Positions 59,310-64,000 of a stretch of 64,000 nucleotides of DNA are shown one piece after another; positions within the stretch are counted from its first letter, which is position 1; each line of letters opens with the position of its first letter. The stretch is from Flectonema sp. DT1601 (Eukaryota). The DNA lies in assembly GCA_964019425.1 (NCBI GenBank), contig OZ025785.1:682001-746000 (forward strand), written 5' to 3'. The position numbers and the translations under genes were made by a program. The notes under the pieces are model-generated. The model had not been told where the DNA came from. It saw only the letters and a list, made by a program, of their open reading frames with translations, and made no database searches.

Positions 59310-60473
59310 ATATGAGAGAACCCAAATTACTTTAGAAACCTATAGTTGGGTTCCCGTTGGGTGTTTTCAAAAATCTGTGATAATTAACTTCTGTGAATGT
59401 TTACGGAGGTAGCAATCTGTGTCATCTGAAGTTGTTGTTTCGGTAAACGCAACCGTAACTCGTTCTCTTCAGATTGCAAGCAGAGATTAAATTCTTTTGC
59501 TGCTCTTTTTTTTTAAATGCAAAAAAAAGAAAAAAAAAGAAAAAAGAAAGGAAGGAAGAAAAGGACGAAAAGAAAAAAAGAAAAAAAAAGTATCAAAAAG
59601 AGAAGAAAAAAAAGAAACAAGATCTAAGCAATTAGGAGTAAGATATAATAAACCTGTTTGTACCAAGTTGTTGTTAGGATGGGTACAAACAGTTTTAATA
59701 AGTTCCTAATTTTTTTAGTTTTTCCCAAATATTTCTAAACGCTTTCCCCTGTTGATCCCTTTTTGCCTTATTAGCGGGATTCAACAGTTTTTAACTTGTC
59801 CTTGTTATATATGTTTCGTTATATTTAAAAAAAAAAAAAAAAAAAAAAAATTAACAATCGTTCTCTTATCTCTAAAAACAAGCGTGAAAGAATCACGTGG
59901 GGGAGAATGGTTACTTACTTTCGTGTTGCATTTAGTTGCCAAAAAAAAAAAAAAAAAAAAAAAAGTATATTAATCGCGAAGTCATTTTTGCTTTACTGAA
60001 TAAAAGCACTAAAAAAGACACACGATCTGTAATTTAAAAAAAAAGAAAAAAAAAAGGGAAAATATATAATTATTTAATAAAAAAAATTAATTGAAAAAAA
60101 AAAAAAAAAAGTAGCCGAGGTGCGAAGAGTCACAAAGTACTTTTTTTTTTTTTGTAGTTTCAATGTTGAACACAGTTAATGTTTCGTTCTGGTTTTTTGC
60201 TCTTTGCATGTGTGATGCACAATTAGTATCAAAGAAAACCCTGCAGTAGTAAAAGTGAATCTAAACTTAACATTGGAATACCTGAAACTTTCATTTTATA
60301 TCTGAATATTGAACCAGTGAACTTTCTTTCGTTCTTTTCTTAAGTCGAGTTAATTACCACCGAAACTGGTGGTAAAAGAAGTGGGATGTTGTATGATGAA
60401 ATGCAAATGGTTTTCATAAGATTTATAGTTTCTTTTCTTCCACAGCAATTTAAAAAAAACAAGCTATTAAAAA

Positions 60474-61625
60474 ATGAAATCACAAATTCTTGCCATCGCT
60501 ATGTTAGCTACCGCTGCATTAGCAATGGACTGCGGTGGCCACGGTACGTTCGCAGAGAACTGTTGCAAGTGTGATGCTGGATACGCAGGCAGCACTTGCA
60601 TGGAGTGTGCTCCAGGATACGCGAAGGGGATGGTCAACGGAGAGATGATGTGTGGAAATGGAAGAGACGGAACTGCGTGTACTGACGATGGAATGTTCCC
60701 ATTCTTTGGATGTGGTTCAGTTGGTACATGTAAAGATAGCAACACGTCAAGCAAAACCTTTCCTTGTGTTTGCAGGGACTTGCAGGGAACCGTCGTTTCG
60801 TGTGCCACCAAGTACGTTGAGAAGCAAACGACCTGCTCCCCACGTGGAGCGAGAATGTACACCGCGTTCCCGAACGAGCCTCGTTTGGACCTACCATTCA
60901 GTCTGACAGTCGTAACCTGTGGTGAGACTTCTCCTTCCCTGATGATGGTTCCAGCCTACAAGGAGGATGGAGTGACCATGAACAGCTGCAGCAACAGAAC
61001 CGGTGAGACTGGAGGATTCGCCGCCGAGTGCGTGATGCCGAGCAACGGCGAAGGAAACGCGACTGTGAGCGTGAACTGCCGTGACGGAGTTGTGTTGACC
61101 AACTTGAACGCTGAATTGTCCACCCGGGACATGGCTGAGTTCACGTACTCTGGTATGATTGTGACGAAGGACAACTTCTTCGTGAGCAGCCAGGAGAACC
61201 CTGCGAACAGAAACAAGTTCAAGGTGTGCGCGTCGAGAGTCGTTCCTGTCGCTGCTGGAAGCTCGCAGATGGAGACGATCTGGGTGCCTGTTGCCGGACA
61301 CAACGACGATGTGAGCCGCAGAGACGAGGATTTCACGATTGTCAGCGAAGATGATGCCAACAAGAACCGTGCTGCGGGTAACCTCGAGGGAGTTGGAGGA
61401 GATGACTGCTGTGACGGTCTGAAGATTGGATTCTGTCTTCCACTTTGGGCGTTCCTTTTGTTGTGGCTCTTGATGGCTCTGTGTCTCGGATTCCTCGGAT
61501 TCGCACTTCACAAGAACAAGAATGAGATTGAAGCGAAGAAGAACAACGAGAAGTATGAGAAGTTCAACACCGATGCTGAGATGATTGAACACGCTGCTAA
61601 GGAAGCAGATGATGACGACATCTAA
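60474..61625 (+). CDS. EGF-like Cys-rich type I membrane protein, copy 2
   Basis: Differs from copy 1 by two residues (F8I in the signal peptide; VPVDG->VPVAG) and a few silent changes. Confidence 0.88.
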   Translation: MKSQILAIAMLATAALAMDCGGHGTFAENCCKCDAGYAGSTCMECAPGYAKGMVNGEMMCGNGRDGTACTDDGMFPFFGCGSVGTCKDSNTSSKTFPCVCRDLQGTVVSCATKYVEKQTTCSPRGARMYTAFPNEPRLDLPFSLTVVTCGETSPSLMMVPAYKEDGVTMNSCSNRTGETGGFAAECVMPSNGEGNATVSVNCRDGVVLTNLNAELSTRDMAEFTYSGMIVTKDNFFVSSQENPANRNKFKVCASRVVPVAAGSSQMETIWVPVAGHNDDVSRRDEDFTIVSEDDANKNRAAGNLEGVGGDDCCDGLKIGFCLPLWAFLLLWLLMALCLGFLGFALHKNKNEIEAKKNNEKYEKFNTDAEMIEHAAKEADDDDI

Positions 61626-62380
61626 ATATGAGAGAACCCAAATTACTTTAGAAACCTATAGTTGGGTTCCCGTTGGGTGTTTGATTAGTGAATTAATACG
61701 TATCAGTGAATTTGGTGTCCCGACCCCATTGGGTTTCCAAGCCCTATTTTTCGTAAGTATTCTGTAGTCAACTTGCTAGACGGGGTAGCTTGCCTTAATT
61801 GGTTTAGGCTAACACCACACAGTAAGTGCGCTCCTAATGTGAACTGCCGTTAGGGTCGTTGCAAGGCACGCAAAACTACAGTTAGTGAAACAGAAATTCT
61901 TTTTTTCCCCTGCCGCTTTCCCCTCCCTTGTTCTTTTTTTTCCCTTTTCCTTTTGTTCCCTTTTCTCTCTTTTCATTTTTTATCTAAATTCTCTGTTTAC
62001 CAACAAACAGCAGCTGAGAGGAATGAATTTCAGATGCAACACATACCACCTAATTACTAAAAGAGGGACAGTAATCGATTTTTAATACGTGTCCTGTAAC
62101 TTGTTCGCCGGTTCCTTATAAGTTACGTTGTGTGGTTTAATTATTCAAATGCGTATTCGATGTTGAGAAGCCAGTCACATTTAAGCTTTAAACCACACGT
62201 AGTAACCAATGAACTGTAAAATTTCGATTTTTTATTTATCCTTTTTTTTTTTTTTTTTTTTTTTTTATTCCCTTCTGTTAAGATTTTTTTTTTCCCGCTT
62301 TTCTTATTCTTTTTTTGGGGGCGACCTCTCCTTTCAATAAGCGATTTTTTTTTGAAATTTTGGAAAAAACAAAACACATC

Positions 62381-62412
<32 letters not shown>

Positions 62413-63419
62413 AGAAGGGGAAAAAAAAAAAAATACAATGAATTAAAGTAAACTTTTAATGAGGAAAAGGAAACAGCTTTCTCCTTTCAAGTTAAGCTGC
62501 GACATTCTTATTGTAAGTACGATACAAAGAAAGTAATCCGAGGAGTGCGACACCGCGAAGAATCAGTAAATCGTGTACAATGGAACTTGATATAAGTGGC
62601 CGACGTATAACGGCATTACAAAACAATGTTCCCCAGGAGAGTAAAAAAAAAAAAAAAAAAAAAAGGTTCTTCGACATCATCGGGGGGCGTGCCGATGGTT
62701 GGCAGGCTCACTTCATCCTTTTATCCTACCCCCCGTATATCTTCTGTTGTTCAGTTTTTTTCTTTTTAATATTTTTTTTATTCCTTCCTTCCCCTGCCTT
62801 TCATTCATTTTTTTGTGTTCTGAAGAGAGTTTCCTGTTATTTTCATTGATCCTTGTTATCGTATTTTACTTTTTTTTACCTGACGCTATGCTTTTTTTTT
62901 TTTTTTCACCGTCTAATTACTTATGGTGATTTAAAATAAAAGCGAATGGTAACATTATTACTGCATACGAACAAGTTAGAAATGAGGTACAGAGGCCTAG
63001 TTTGTCTCTATTTGAGTAAACATAGGTATCGGAATCAACTTAACTGTAAAAAATAAATGATCCTTGTTCTTTATCTGTGTGGTGCATACAATGCACAAAA
63101 ATAGAACTGTTGGGAAACTTTTATATACCGTCTCGAAAAATCTGAAAGTGTTTTTCTACTCTTTTTGATAATTGAGGACAACCATGAGTAGTTTAATGAA
63201 GGCATCTGCCGTTTACCAGCAGCAGGCTGGTTGGTTTCACGTGATGCATCTTCGGCTTTGTGTGGTTAAAAAGACAGAAGCCTTAAGTAAACAGCGAATA
63301 CGACAAAACAAAAAAAAAACCCCCACTCCCCGCTCTTCCTTATCTGTTTAAGTTCGTTTTTCTGTTTGGCAAATCTACATCGACATTTCTTTCACAGCAA
63401 TTAGCACCAAAATATAAAA

Positions 63420-64000
63420 ATGAAATCACAAATTCTAGCTATCGCTATGTTGGCTACCGCTGCATTAGCAATGGACTGCGGTGGCCACGGTACGTTCGCA
63501 GAGAACTGTTGCAAGTGTGATGCTGGATACGCAGGCAGCACTTGCATGGAGTGTGCTCCAGGATACGCGAAGGGGATGGTCAACGGAGAGATGATGTGTG
63601 GAAATGGAAGAGACGGAACTGCGTGTACTGACGATGGAATGTTCCCATTCTTTGGATGTGGTTCAGTTGGTACATGTAAAGATAGCAACACGTCGAGCAA
63701 AACCTTTCCTTGTGTTTGCAGGGACTTGCAGGGAACCGTCGTTTCGTGTGCCACCAAGTACGTTGAGAAGCAAACGACCTGCTCCCCACGTGGAGCGAGA
63801 ATGTACACCGCGTTCCCGAACGAGCCTCGTTTGGACCTTCCATTCAGTCTGACAGTCGTAACCTGTGGTGAGACTTCTCCTTCCCTGATGATGGTTCCAG
63901 CCTACAAGGAGGATGGAGTGACCATGAACAGCTGCAGCAACAGAACTGGTGAGACTGGAGGATTCGCCGCCGAGTGCGTGATGCCGAGCAACGGCGAAGG
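63420..64000 (+). CDS. EGF-like Cys-rich type I membrane protein, copy 3 (runs off the window end)
   Basis: ATG at 63420 after TTTCTTTCACAG; nearly identical to copies 1 and 2 up to the window edge. Confidence 0.85.
   Translation, partial: MKSQILAIAMLATAALAMDCGGHGTFAENCCKCDAGYAGSTCMECAPGYAKGMVNGEMMCGNGRDGTACTDDGMFPFFGCGSVGTCKDSNTSSKTFPCVCRDLQGTVVSCATKYVEKQTTCSPRGARMYTAFPNEPRLDLPFSLTVVTCGETSPSLMMVPAYKEDGVTMNSCSNRTGETGGFAAECVMPSNGE

Noticed and set aside
1..64000. tRNA, rRNA and spliced-leader RNA genes
   Set aside because: No cloverleaf, rRNA-like segment or convincing SL exon match was found by eye; a covariance-model scan would be needed to exclude them.

Overview
AT-rich eukaryotic nuclear DNA with long poly(A)/poly(T) runs. 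About 22 protein genes or gene copies can be supported, and every one lies on the + strand. Most have a pyrimidine tract plus AG just upstream of the ATG, and several carry short GT-AG introns. This organisation, together with a kinetoplastid-style CCCH protein, points to a euglenozoan directional gene cluster, most likely a diplonemid (inference). Recognisable products: formin FH2 C-terminus, two WW proteins, a Cys-rich PAN-like surface protein, two coiled-coil proteins, a fatty-acid desaturase with a tandem pseudogene, a GDP-fucose O-fucosyltransferase-like enzyme, a MORN protein, a stand-alone OvoA-C-terminal-type methyltransferase, the ERD2/KDEL receptor, a G1-peptidase-like secreted protein, a GT71 mannosyltransferase, a CCCH protein and three near-identical EGF-like membrane protein genes. 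Highlights: (1) a fusion of a microbial-type PARG (DUF2263/TIGR02452) macrodomain to TFIIS domains II-III with an intact acidic hairpin; (2) a ~3,400-aa single-pass protein built from about a dozen tandem dCache-like modules with no cytoplasmic enzyme; (3) cis introns with U-rich 5' and A-rich 3' halves, in contrast to the polypyrimidine acceptors at gene starts; (4) several non-coding inverted-repeat elements and local duplications. All family calls come from motif recognition by eye, not database searches.
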